42,494 nt of DNA from Clostridiaceae bacterium (GTDB lineage Bacteria > Bacillota > Clostridia > Christensenellales > CAG-138), in the NCBI GenBank assembly GCA_039680365.1, contig JBDKTD010000335.1, positions 1 through 42,494 on the forward strand. Reading direction: 5' to 3'. How positions within the stretch are numbered: the stretch's first letter is position 1; every line of letters starts with the position of its first letter. The translations under genes were made by a program, and so were the position numbers. The notes under the pieces were generated by a model, which searched no databases, had not been told where the DNA came from, and worked only from the letters and a program-made list of their open reading frames with translations. Positions 8,499 to 16,636 of the stretch are shown here, one piece after another.

Positions 8499-10949
8499 CT
8501 AGCCGTTGAGTTCGACGTTCCAAATGAAGGAAATCGGGCTCTGGAACGGAGTTACGTCTTCGCCGCTGAACAGGGAGTCGGGATTGATGACTTCCTTGTT
8601 GTAGACGAACATGTTCTTTCTCTGATAGGTCGGGATTTCAGTCGCCAGGCCGGAGGAAATTTCAAGCGCTTCGGCGTAGATCGTCTTGCGCTCTTCGGTA
8701 TCCAGCGTGGAGCGGCCGGCGTTGATCAGTTCGTTGAGCTGCACAAGAGCGGCCTTCTGATCGTCGCTGCCATTCGCAAACAGCCAGTACAGGCCCTTCG
8801 CGGCGGGCGAGATGCCCTGGTTGACTGCCGGGTCGGAATACCAGACCTGGAACATATCCGGATCCTGTCCGCCGTTGCCCCATGCTGCCGCCCAGATCTG
8901 AATGCCGGATTCGTAGGCGGTGCTGAGCTTGTTGAGCAGCGTATCGTCTACTTCGATATCCAGCTTGACGCCAATGGCCGCGAGGACTGCCTGCGCGTTG
9001 ATCAGAACGCTGCCGGCGGGATGGTTCGCGGCGTCCATCGGCAGGGTCGCCTTGATGGTGACCTGCTGGCCGGCTTTGTCGCTGGTGGCCGGGTAGGACA
9101 TGATGTTGGCGGCTGCGTCGTAGACGTAACCAGCTTCGAGGAAGAGGGCCTTGGCGGTTTCGCCGGTGCCGTCATACGGGAAGAGGTTTTCCGGATTTTC
9201 CGGATACGCCCACTGGATCTTCGTCATCGTACGGTAGTTGACCGTCGCGAGTTCGCCATAGTAATCGCTGATGCACAGTTCGGTATTGAACGTGGAAGCG
9301 ATGGCTTTACGAACCTGCCATTCGGGGAAGAACTGCGCGTTGATGCCGATGTAGCCGTAGCCATCGTTATCGACAAGCGTGTAGGCCAGTTTGGTGTAAT
9401 CGCCCTGAGCTGCCGTGATGTCGTTGATAACGGTTGTGGAGGCCGACGGATCGGTGAAATGCACAACGCCCGTGAGCGCGGAGTCGAGTTCCGAACCGCT
9501 CTCAATGACCTGAATGCGGAAGTTCGCAATCTTCGGCGAACCCATCAGGTAGTTGTCGTTGGCGGTGTAATACACAACGTTATCCTTGTATTCATTGAAT
9601 ACATAGGGGCCTGCGCCAAGAGGAGCAGAGTTCTTGCTCTTGAGGAGCTCGATGAACGCCGGGTCGTTCATGGATACGCCGTATTCGTTCAGCGTGCCCG
9701 TGAAGCCTTCGGTGTAGTAGTGCATCGGGGCAACTTCGACGCCCATCTTGAAGATGGCGGTCGGGTCGATGCCGTTGATGACAACCTGGATGTATTCGCG
9801 ATCCACGCCGTCTTCGGAGGTTTCGGTGCCGGAGGTGATGCCGCTGATGCTGGCAACGCCGCCCGCCACTTTGCCTTCGTTGGCGATGTAGAGGTCACGG
9901 ACGTAATCTTCGATTCTCAAATCACCGGCTTTTTCACGGTTGATGCCCGCGTCGGAGAGATCGTAGCCGTAGGTGGTCAGAATGTTCTTCCAATAGTCGG
10001 CCACGGTGATGCCGGTGGTCTCGTCATAGACGTTGCCCAGAGCATCGGTGAATTTGCCATCGGCATAGGAGCCGTAACCCCACATGCCCATGCCGTACGC
10101 AACGGTCAAAAACGGGCTGGCTTTGACCTGTTCGGCGGTCAGGTCGGGCGAGAAATAGCTCTGGACATAATCATCGGTACCATAATTGTTCATGACATAG
10201 TCCACGATTTCCTGGGTGAACTTTTCGCCAGCCTGGTCGAGGTAGGCCCAGAAGGCCGCCTGCTGTTCGGCAGTTGCGCCGTCGGCAGCGGGCATGACCA
10301 TCGTTTTGTCTTCCGCAGTCGAAAGACCCGCGGCAACGATTGCGTCGGCAACCGCGAGGGCGTCCGCGCTGGTCTGGAGGCGGTACTCGCTGAGGCCCTG
10401 TACGTTCAGAGCATAGAAAGTGCTCGAACCGTCATACAGCGGATCGCAGAGAGTATAGATTGTGAAGAGAACGTCCTTTACAGAGACGGGGGTGCCATCG
10501 CTGAAGGTAATGCCGTTTTTCAGGATGAACTTGTAAGTCGAGGTGGACTTATCATCACTGACCTGCTGCGTGTAGGAATATGCGAGGCAGGGGAATTCAA
10601 CGCCAGCCTGCGGCGAGCCCTTCTTATCCAGATAGAGCAGGCCAAGCTGCGTCATGCCTTCCACCGTCGTGTCGTAAGCGGACGTCACAAAGAAGGGGCT
10701 GAACTTGCCATCCAGCGTCTGGGAGCTGATAACCAGCGGCGTGGTGGCGTTGTTGCCGGTTCTCGGAGTGACAGTTGCGTCATAGCGGTCTGCCGGTACG
10801 TCGGGCAGAACAACAACCGGAGCTTCTGTGGCGGCAGTTTCTTCTTCCGTCGTCTGTGCCGGCGTGGCGGTCTTGCAGCCAACGGTCGTCAGCAGCATCA
10901 TCGCGCAAAGCACAACTGCCAGGAGTTGGGCAATTCTGTTCTTTTTCAT
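8499..10949 (-). CDS. oppA: Family-5 ABC substrate-binding lipoprotein (OppA-like, 816 aa)
   Basis: ATG at 10949 with GGAGG RBS; signal peptide ending TTVGC; FSPFF, ITFSDGTPV.VKDVLFT and GAGPY motifs; upstream of oppBCDF. Confidence 0.9.
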   Translation of the reverse strand: MKKNRIAQLLAVVLCAMMLLTTVGCKTATPAQTTEEETAATEAPVVVLPDVPADRYDATVTPRTGNNATTPLVISSQTLDGKFSPFFVTSAYDTTVEGMTQLGLLYLDKKGSPQAGVEFPCLAYSYTQQVSDDKSTSTYKFILKNGITFSDGTPVSVKDVLFTIYTLCDPLYDGSSTFYALNVQGLSEYRLQTSADALAVADAIVAAGLSTAEDKTMVMPAADGATAEQQAAFWAYLDQAGEKFTQEIVDYVMNNYGTDDYVQSYFSPDLTAEQVKASPFLTVAYGMGMWGYGSYADGKFTDALGNVYDETTGITVADYWKNILTTYGYDLSDAGINREKAGDLRIEDYVRDLYIANEGKVAGGVASISGITSGTETSEDGVDREYIQVVINGIDPTAIFKMGVEVAPMHYYTEGFTGTLNEYGVSMNDPAFIELLKSKNSAPLGAGPYVFNEYKDNVVYYTANDNYLMGSPKIANFRIQVIESGSELDSALTGVVHFTDPSASTTVINDITAAQGDYTKLAYTLVDNDGYGYIGINAQFFPEWQVRKAIASTFNTELCISDYYGELATVNYRTMTKIQWAYPENPENLFPYDGTGETAKALFLEAGYVYDAAANIMSYPATSDKAGQQVTIKATLPMDAANHPAGSVLINAQAVLAAIGVKLDIEVDDTLLNKLSTAYESGIQIWAAAWGNGGQDPDMFQVWYSDPAVNQGISPAAKGLYWLFANGSDDQKAALVQLNELINAGRSTLDTEERKTIYAEALEISSGLATEIPTYQRKNMFVYNKEVINPDSLFSGEDVTPFQSPISFIWNVELNG

Positions 10950-10980
10950 TTCGATACCTCCATTTTTATTTTTTGAGAAT

Positions 10981-11193
10981 CGCCGGATGGTACCCTCCAC
11001 CAGCAATTGTCAAATCTGATTGCGCCTTTATTCGGGCGTTCGCCCTGTAAAAACGCCGGTACCGTTCAAGCAGCGCCGGTTGGTACGCCCACCGGCAACT
11101 GCCAGACACGATTGCGCGCTCAAATGCGGGTTATCGTCCCGCAGAAGACCGGTACCGCTTGAACACCGCCGGATGATACCCTCCACCGGCAAT
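10981..11193 (-). repeat. Degenerate tandem repeat with 93-nt period (about 2.3 units, three hairpin copies)
   Basis: CGCCGG(A/T)TG(G/A)TAC...CCACC(A/G)GCAA starts at 10981, 11074 and 11167; the two spacers also align. Confidence 0.85.
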
Positions 11194-11211
11194 GATCAAA
11201 ATCTATTCAAT

Positions 11212-11246
11212 CAGGCATCTTCCATATTCAGCCTGGAAGATGCCTG
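11212..11246 (-). terminator. 13-bp stem-loop after the B-repeat lipoprotein gene
   Basis: CAGGCATCTTCCA...TGGAAGATGCCTG; weak U-tract. Confidence 0.5.
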
Positions 11247-11254
11247 GTTCATAC

Positions 11255-12730
11255 TTATGGTGCGGGTGAAGGCGAGGGTTCAGCCGCTTCGAGTTTCATG
11301 AGCGTCAGGCGCAGACCCGCGCTCTCGGAGATATTGGCAACGAGCCCTTCGCCAACGCAGTCGTTGAGCGTTGTGCCGCTTGCGGAAATAAACAGGTCGC
11401 CCAGCGTGTACCGCGAACCCGCGGCGTCGCCCTTGCCGGAGTTGATGGTCAGTCCCTGAATCTTTACGTTCGTCAGGGTCACATTCTTTGCGCTGAGCGC
11501 CAGAAGCGCGGCTTTTACCGTAACGCCGTTGTCTACTTGAATGGAGAGCGCCGCGTTCTCGAACGTCAGGTTATCGATTGTCGTGTCGCTGAGTTCGTTG
11601 AACAGCGCAATCGATTTTTCCGTGTCTTTATCAACCTTCTTGCTGTTGAGGCTCAGTGTGAGGTTGGAAAGCGTGTGGTTGTTGCCGTAGATAACGCCGG
11701 AGAAGCTGTCCGCCATGGTCAGAGTGACGCCGGAAAAATCGATGTCGCTCTCAATAACGTAACCGTCGATCTTGTTGCCTTTGGCGTCCGTGCCAAAGAA
11801 ACCGTACTTGCCGCCGATCTTTATATCGCCCGGCTGATTGACGCGGATAAAGTTGCCTTCCACGAACTTCATGTAAACGACTTTGCCCGCGGTGTTGATC
11901 AGATAGTTCTCAATATAGGACTCTACAAGCTGATCTTTTGCCGCACGGAGTTCGGCGAGCGCCGCTTCATCCGTGGTCTTCATCTGGTAGCCGATTTTGT
12001 TTAAGAAGAGCCAGGAAGTATCCGTGATATCGCTCACTTCGTCTTCGTCCGGTTCAACATACTCAACTTTTTCGAGATATTGCGGGAACTGCTCATACAG
12101 CGCGTCGTAGAGCTGCTGCTGCGTCGGCTGCGGCTCGGAATGGACATAGGAAGCAAAGTCGTATTCCTGCGTGCATTCCGGGTCGGAATAATAACCAAAG
12201 AGCGTCGTTCCAGCGGGTTTGCGGAACTCGACAACCGCTTCGGAAAGTTCCTGCACGGGGGAATCGGAGGTGATGTTCTTGCCGAAGATGACTTCGCCGG
12301 TACCGGCGTCGACATAGTCCACCCTGCCCTGCGGCAGCCAGCGGGCATAGAGCGTCATATCGCCCTGCACGCGGTCAAGAAAAAAGTCCCAGCGGTCGCT
12401 TGCGCTGAAGGTATACTCCTCGCCCAGTTCGGTGGGGGTATCCGTCTTCGCCCTGTACCAGCCGGCCATGATGTATCCGTCCCGCGTCGGCTGGACGAGC
12501 ATGTTGCTCGAGCCGGAGGGTTCGAACACGTAGGAATTCGGCAGATAGTAGGTATTGCGCACTTCGCGCGCGTTGACCATTCCGCCCAAAGCATCGTAGG
12601 TTACCTTGCTGTCATAACCCCAAGTTCCCGGGTCGGCGGATTGCCCTGAGTTTGAGCAAGCGGCGAATGACGAACACGCCACTATCGCGCACAAAATGAT
12701 TGCAACCCGAGTCAACTTCGCTTTATTCAT
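11255..12730 (-). CDS. Lipoprotein with InlB B-repeat-like (Listeria-Bacteroides repeat) domains and a C-terminal beta-helix-like region
   Basis: Signal peptide ending FAAC; PTRDGYIMAGWY...WDF...GDMTLYARW; DIDFSG...FSGVIYGNNHTLSNL. Confidence 0.75.
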   Translation of the reverse strand: MNKAKLTRVAIILCAIVACSSFAACSNSGQSADPGTWGYDSKVTYDALGGMVNAREVRNTYYLPNSYVFEPSGSSNMLVQPTRDGYIMAGWYRAKTDTPTELGEEYTFSASDRWDFFLDRVQGDMTLYARWLPQGRVDYVDAGTGEVIFGKNITSDSPVQELSEAVVEFRKPAGTTLFGYYSDPECTQEYDFASYVHSEPQPTQQQLYDALYEQFPQYLEKVEYVEPDEDEVSDITDTSWLFLNKIGYQMKTTDEAALAELRAAKDQLVESYIENYLINTAGKVVYMKFVEGNFIRVNQPGDIKIGGKYGFFGTDAKGNKIDGYVIESDIDFSGVTLTMADSFSGVIYGNNHTLSNLTLSLNSKKVDKDTEKSIALFNELSDTTIDNLTFENAALSIQVDNGVTVKAALLALSAKNVTLTNVKIQGLTINSGKGDAAGSRYTLGDLFISASGTTLNDCVGEGLVANISESAGLRLTLMKLEAAEPSPSPAP

Positions 12731-12826
12731 TACGCCATCCCTTTTTCAGTTGCCAGGAACCGTTTTGTTTTCGTAATAAAACGCAAAAAACACTTCCGTG
12801 GTAACTTTGCATATATTATCCTATTC

Positions 12827-12855
12827 ATTGTAATTCATACAGCAAAAAGTGTCAA
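12827..12855 (-). promoter_or_regulatory. Sigma-A promoter for the lipoprotein-opp locus
   Basis: TTGACA-17 nt-TACAAT on minus strand. Confidence 0.55.
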
Positions 12856-13141
12856 TAATCAGACAATCATTCTCGAATATGTCATAATTCAGCTGTGTGA
12901 AGTTACAATGTATCTATAATATGGTCTTTTTTATAGGCGCGTCAACTATAATTTCTGTCCGGTTGTATTTCATCCAACCGGCCCGAACGCAAAAATTATG
13001 AAAAGTTCGCTTCGCCATTTGACGTCGGTCCCGCTTTCGTGCCGGAATTGCCTCGCATTGTGATTGTCTTTCATGATTTTTGCATAAAGTGTTTGTTTTT
13101 AACGTTTTTCTTTCGACCCTGATCAAACTCATATTTTCGGC

Positions 13142-13171
13142 TTTACAACTACCAGCCGTGCATGGTATATT
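13142..13171 (+). promoter_or_regulatory. Promoter for the MFS gene (probably leaderless)
   Basis: TTTACA-18 nt-TATATT with extended TG, ending 7 nt before ATG 13179; no SD. Confidence 0.45.
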
Positions 13172-13178
13172 ACACCTC

Positions 13179-14432
13179 ATGGAAACGGTCAAGAAAAAAC
13201 TCTGGACAAGAGATTTTACCATTATCACGCTCGGTACCGTCGTCTCCATGTTTGGCAACGCGGTCTCCGGCTTTGCTATTGGGCTTTTAGTGCTGGACTA
13301 CACGGATTCCATCCTGTTGTATTCCGTCTTTATGGTGTGCTACAGCCTGCCGCGCATCGTTTTGCCAATGTTCGCCGGGCCGTATCTGGACCGGTTTTCG
13401 AGAAAGCGCGTCATCTACTCGCTGGACTTTTTGTCCTTCGGGCTGTACCTGATTATTTTCTTTCTGCTGTTCAAGGGATTTTTCAACTATATTGCGTATC
13501 TGCTGGTTTCCATGGTGATCGGTTCGATCGACAGCGTGTACGGAGTAGCGTACGACAGTTTTTATCCGACGCTCATCAGCGAAGGCAACTACACGAAAGC
13601 CTATTCGATTTCCAGCCTGATCTACCCGCTCAGCAGCGCCATCATGGTGCCGGTTGCGGGGCTCTGCTACAAAACAATCGGGCTTGCGCCGCTGTTTCTC
13701 TTTAACTCCGCAACGTTCCTCGTTGCCGCCATTGCGGAAACGCAGATTCGCGCTGTCGAAACGCATACTGAACAGCGCGCGAGCGAGAAGTTCGATTCCA
13801 AGCGATTTGTCGGCGACCTGCGGGAAGGTATTCAGTACCTTAAGCGCGAGCGCGGGCTGAGCACGATCACTTGGTTTTTCTTTGTGATGATGCTCTCCAG
13901 TTCGGTCTGCATGACCCTCTCCCTCCCCTACTTCAAGGGCCTGAGCGGCATGGGCGGCTTTGACGGCGTGATGCAGTATACGTTCGTCATGGGCGCCAAC
14001 ACGATTGGGCGGCTCATTGGCGGCGGTGTGCATTATTTCTTCCGCTACCCGAAGGAGAAAAAATACATCATCGCGCTGTTTGTCTACATTGCAATCTCCA
14101 TCATCGACGGCGCGTACCTCTTCTTCCCGTTCTGGATTATGCTGTTGTTCATGCTGGCGGACGGAATACTGGGAGTAACGAGCTACAACATCCGCATCTC
14201 CAGTACGCAGAACTACCTGCCGGACGAGATGCGCGGCCGTTTCAACGGAATTTTCTCCATGATGAGCATTCTTGGAACGATCGTAGGCCAGCTGATTGCG
14301 GGCGCGCTGGGCGACAAGCTGCCTATCCGCGGTATCGTCGCGGTCTCCATGGCTGTTACGCTTCTATCGGTCTTCGTTATCATGGTGCCCAACGCCAAGC
14401 ACGTTAAGAAGATCTATAACGTCGACGCCTGA
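13179..14432 (+). CDS. MFS transporter (DHA3/MefA-like)
   Basis: About 12 hydrophobic segments; AGPYLDRFSRK motif A; LPDEMRGRFNG. Confidence 0.88.
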   Translation: METVKKKLWTRDFTIITLGTVVSMFGNAVSGFAIGLLVLDYTDSILLYSVFMVCYSLPRIVLPMFAGPYLDRFSRKRVIYSLDFLSFGLYLIIFFLLFKGFFNYIAYLLVSMVIGSIDSVYGVAYDSFYPTLISEGNYTKAYSISSLIYPLSSAIMVPVAGLCYKTIGLAPLFLFNSATFLVAAIAETQIRAVETHTEQRASEKFDSKRFVGDLREGIQYLKRERGLSTITWFFFVMMLSSSVCMTLSLPYFKGLSGMGGFDGVMQYTFVMGANTIGRLIGGGVHYFFRYPKEKKYIIALFVYIAISIIDGAYLFFPFWIMLLFMLADGILGVTSYNIRISSTQNYLPDEMRGRFNGIFSMMSILGTIVGQLIAGALGDKLPIRGIVAVSMAVTLLSVFVIMVPNAKHVKKIYNVDA

Positions 14433-14482
14433 CGGCGATTTTCTCCGTGCGCTGCGCCGAATATATTGTGAACATTGCTTCT

Positions 14483-14510
14483 AAACGCCGGAGCCGCTCT
14501 GGCGTTTTTT
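14483..14510 (+). terminator. Intrinsic terminator
   Basis: AAACGCCGGAG-CCG-CTCTGGCGTTTTTT. Confidence 0.65.
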
Positions 14511-14530
14511 GTTTGCCTGTGCAATAATAA

Positions 14531-14626
14531 GACGGATGTCGAATCAATCATTTCGAGAACACCAAAGTATCTGATCGCGACGAATGTCGAATCAACCGTT
14601 TCAAACCCTGAAAAGAATCTGATCGC
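14531..14626 (+). repeat. Two diverged 48-nt direct repeats in the aminopeptidase leader
   Basis: GACG(G/A)ATGTCGAATCAA...TCTGATCGC at 14531 and 14579. Confidence 0.75.
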
Positions 14627-14640
14627 TAGGAGGAATGCTT

Positions 14641-15756
14641 ATGTTTGACCCTCGTATCCTGAAGCTGGCCGACGGGCTGGTGAACTTTTCCTGCTCGGTA
14701 AAGCCGGGCGAAAACGTCCTTATCGAGAGCATCGGCGGCAATGAGGATCTGACCCGCGCGCTGATCAAAGCGGTTTACGCCGCCGGCGGCAATCCGTTTT
14801 TATGGCTTGGCGACAAAGCCTACGACCGTGAAATCATCATGCACTGCAACGTCGAACAGCTGCAGCGCCGCGCCAAAGTGGACGCTTCCCTGATGGCGCA
14901 GATGCAGGCGTATATCGGCGTGCGCGGCGGCCCGAACGCCAGCGAGATGTCCGACGTGCCCAGCGCCAAGATGAACGACTATATGAAGCACTACTGGACG
15001 CCTGTCCATGGCGAAATCCGCGTGCCCAAGACCAAGTGGGTCATCCTCCGCTATCCCTCCCCCGGCATGGCGCAGCTGGCCGATATGAGCACCGAGGCGT
15101 TTGAGGACTATTACTTCAACGTCTGCACCCTCGATTACGCAAAGATGGATAAAGCGATGGACGCGCTCAAAGCGCTGATGGAACGCACGGACAAGGTGCG
15201 CCTCGTTGCCCCCGGCACCGACCTTCGCTTCTCGATCAAGGGTTTACCCGCCATCAAGTGCGCGGGGCAAATGAACATCCCGGACGGTGAAATCTACACC
15301 GCTCCCGTCAAGACCAGCGTCAACGGAACCATCGCTTACAATACGCCCTCGCTGGAAGGCGGCTTTACCTATACGGATATCAAGTTCACCTTCAAGGACG
15401 GCAAAATTATTGAAGCCAGCGCCAACGACACCGTCCGCATCAACGAGCAGCTCGATATCGACGAAGGCGCGCGCTATGTTGGCGAGTTCGCCATCGGCGT
15501 AAACCCCTTTATCACCTTCCCCAGGAAGGATACGCTGTTTGATGAAAAGATCGCGGGCAGCATCCACTTTACGCCCGGCGCATGCTACGACGACTGCAAC
15601 AATGGCAACAAGAGCTCCCAGCACTGGGATATCGTGCTAATTCAGACGCCGGAATACGGCGGCGGCGAGCTCTGGTTTGACGACGTGCTCATCCGCAAGG
15701 ACGGCCGCTTCGTGCTCTCCGAACTCGACTGCCTGAATCCGGAGAACCTGAAGTAA
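14641..15756 (+). CDS. Aminopeptidase, peptidase family M29 (AmpS/AmpT-like)
   Basis: NIPDGEI, GEFAIG, LFDEKI.GSIH and HWD metal ligands; AGGAGG RBS. Confidence 0.92.
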   Translation: MFDPRILKLADGLVNFSCSVKPGENVLIESIGGNEDLTRALIKAVYAAGGNPFLWLGDKAYDREIIMHCNVEQLQRRAKVDASLMAQMQAYIGVRGGPNASEMSDVPSAKMNDYMKHYWTPVHGEIRVPKTKWVILRYPSPGMAQLADMSTEAFEDYYFNVCTLDYAKMDKAMDALKALMERTDKVRLVAPGTDLRFSIKGLPAIKCAGQMNIPDGEIYTAPVKTSVNGTIAYNTPSLEGGFTYTDIKFTFKDGKIIEASANDTVRINEQLDIDEGARYVGEFAIGVNPFITFPRKDTLFDEKIAGSIHFTPGACYDDCNNGNKSSQHWDIVLIQTPEYGGGELWFDDVLIRKDGRFVLSELDCLNPENLK

Positions 15757-15762
15757 GAGCAC

Positions 15763-15795
15763 GCTTCTTTTCTTGAAAGAAAAGAAGCAAAAGAA
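15763..15795. repeat. Palindromic extragenic element (11-bp stem)
   Basis: GCTTCTTTTCT-TGAA-AGAAAAGAAGC followed by AAAAGAA. Confidence 0.5.
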
Positions 15796-15807
15796 TACCT
15801 TATCCGT

Positions 15808-15839
15808 AAAAAAGAGACCGGGCATTTGCCCGGTCTCTT
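15808..15839 (-). terminator. Terminator of hpf, possibly bidirectional
   Basis: AAGAGACCGGGCA-TT-TGCCCGGTCTCTT with T-run on minus strand. Confidence 0.75.
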
Positions 15840-15852
15840 GTATCTCTATCTC

Positions 15853-15882
15853 TTACAGTTCCGGCTCGATTAAGCCGTAGTT
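15853..15882 (-). repeat. Displaced duplicate of the hpf 3' end (NYGLIEPEL*)
   Basis: AAC TAC GGC TTA ATC GAG CCG GAA CTG TAA versus gene end AAT TAC GGT CTG ATC GAG CCT GAG CTA TAA. Confidence 0.85.
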
Positions 15883-15904
15883 TTGATATTTATATTTCCT
15901 TCCC

Positions 15905-16444
15905 TTATAGCTCAGGCTCGATCAGACCGTAATTTCCGTCTTTGCGTTTATAGAGCACATTCATTGCGTTCGTTTCCGAATTGATGAATACGTAGAACGA
16001 GTGCCCGACCATCTCGATTTGCAGCATCGCTTCTTCTTCGCTCATCGGCTTGATGGCAAAGCGTTTGACGCGGACGATCTTAGGCCCTTCATCCTCCTCC
16101 GCTTCCTCGTAAGACCCGCCGTAAAGCGGTTCGCTGTAGCGGAACGCGCCGCTGCGGAGGCACTTTTCGAGCTTGGTGCGGTGGCGGATGATCTGCTTTT
16201 CCAGCTTGTCCAGAACGTTGTCGATGGAGGCGTACATGTCCCCGGTGATCTCCTCGCCGCGAATCACGCCGCCTTCGTAGGGAATCGTCACTTCGACGAT
16301 ATGGCGGTTCTTTTCAACGGAGAGGGTTACCTGCACTTCGGTATCCTGCGAAAAATAACGTTCCAGTTTGCCGACTTTCTTTTCCACAAGGTCGTTCAGG
16401 TAATCGGAGATCTCTAGGTTTTTCCCGGTAATTGAAATACGCAT
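15905..16444 (-). CDS. hpf: Ribosome hibernation promoting factor, long form
   Basis: MRISITGKNLEI...DMYASID...KPMSEEEA...YGLIEPE; ATG at 16444 with AAGGAG RBS. Confidence 0.95.
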   Translation of the reverse strand: MRISITGKNLEISDYLNDLVEKKVGKLERYFSQDTEVQVTLSVEKNRHIVEVTIPYEGGVIRGEEITGDMYASIDNVLDKLEKQIIRHRTKLEKCLRSGAFRYSEPLYGGSYEEAEEDEGPKIVRVKRFAIKPMSEEEAMLQIEMVGHSFYVFINSETNAMNVLYKRKDGNYGLIEPEL

Positions 16445-16495
16445 GTTACCACTCCTTCTCCGGCGGATTCTCAATTGACTCCGCCTATTGTTATT

Positions 16496-16523
16496 ATTCG
16501 ATAGAATGATGTGTTTTCCCTGC
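16496..16523 (-). promoter_or_regulatory. Sigma-H-like promoter for hpf
   Basis: GCAGGGAAA...TCGAAT on minus strand; Bacillus hpf (yvyD) is known to be sigma-H controlled. Confidence 0.45.
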
Positions 16524-16636
16524 CGGAAAGGTGAACGAATTCGACCAAACCGTGAGGAAATATTTGCGTTTCTCAAAATAGCCGAACCCGCTTCGGAATC
16601 AAAGCGAATAAAGCAGTGAAAAACCTCCGCTTTCGC

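Noticed and set aside
8337-10976. 879-aa plus-strand ORF antisense to oppA, and similar long shadow ORFs (22213-24321, 20281-21588, 33901-35172)
   Set aside because: Mirror-frame ORFs are expected with strong GC3 bias. They carry no recognisable motifs and fully overlap well-supported genes.
10981-11193. CRISPR array or coding-repeat reading of the 93-nt repeat
   Set aside because: The spacers are about 67 nt and homologous to each other, the repeats are degenerate, and no cas genes are present. The minus-strand frame contiguous with oppA is broken by TAA and TGA.
16445-16636. raiA-motif ncRNA upstream of hpf
   Set aside because: No recognisable raiA-motif conserved blocks; the region is explained by a sigma-H-like promoter and a short hairpin.
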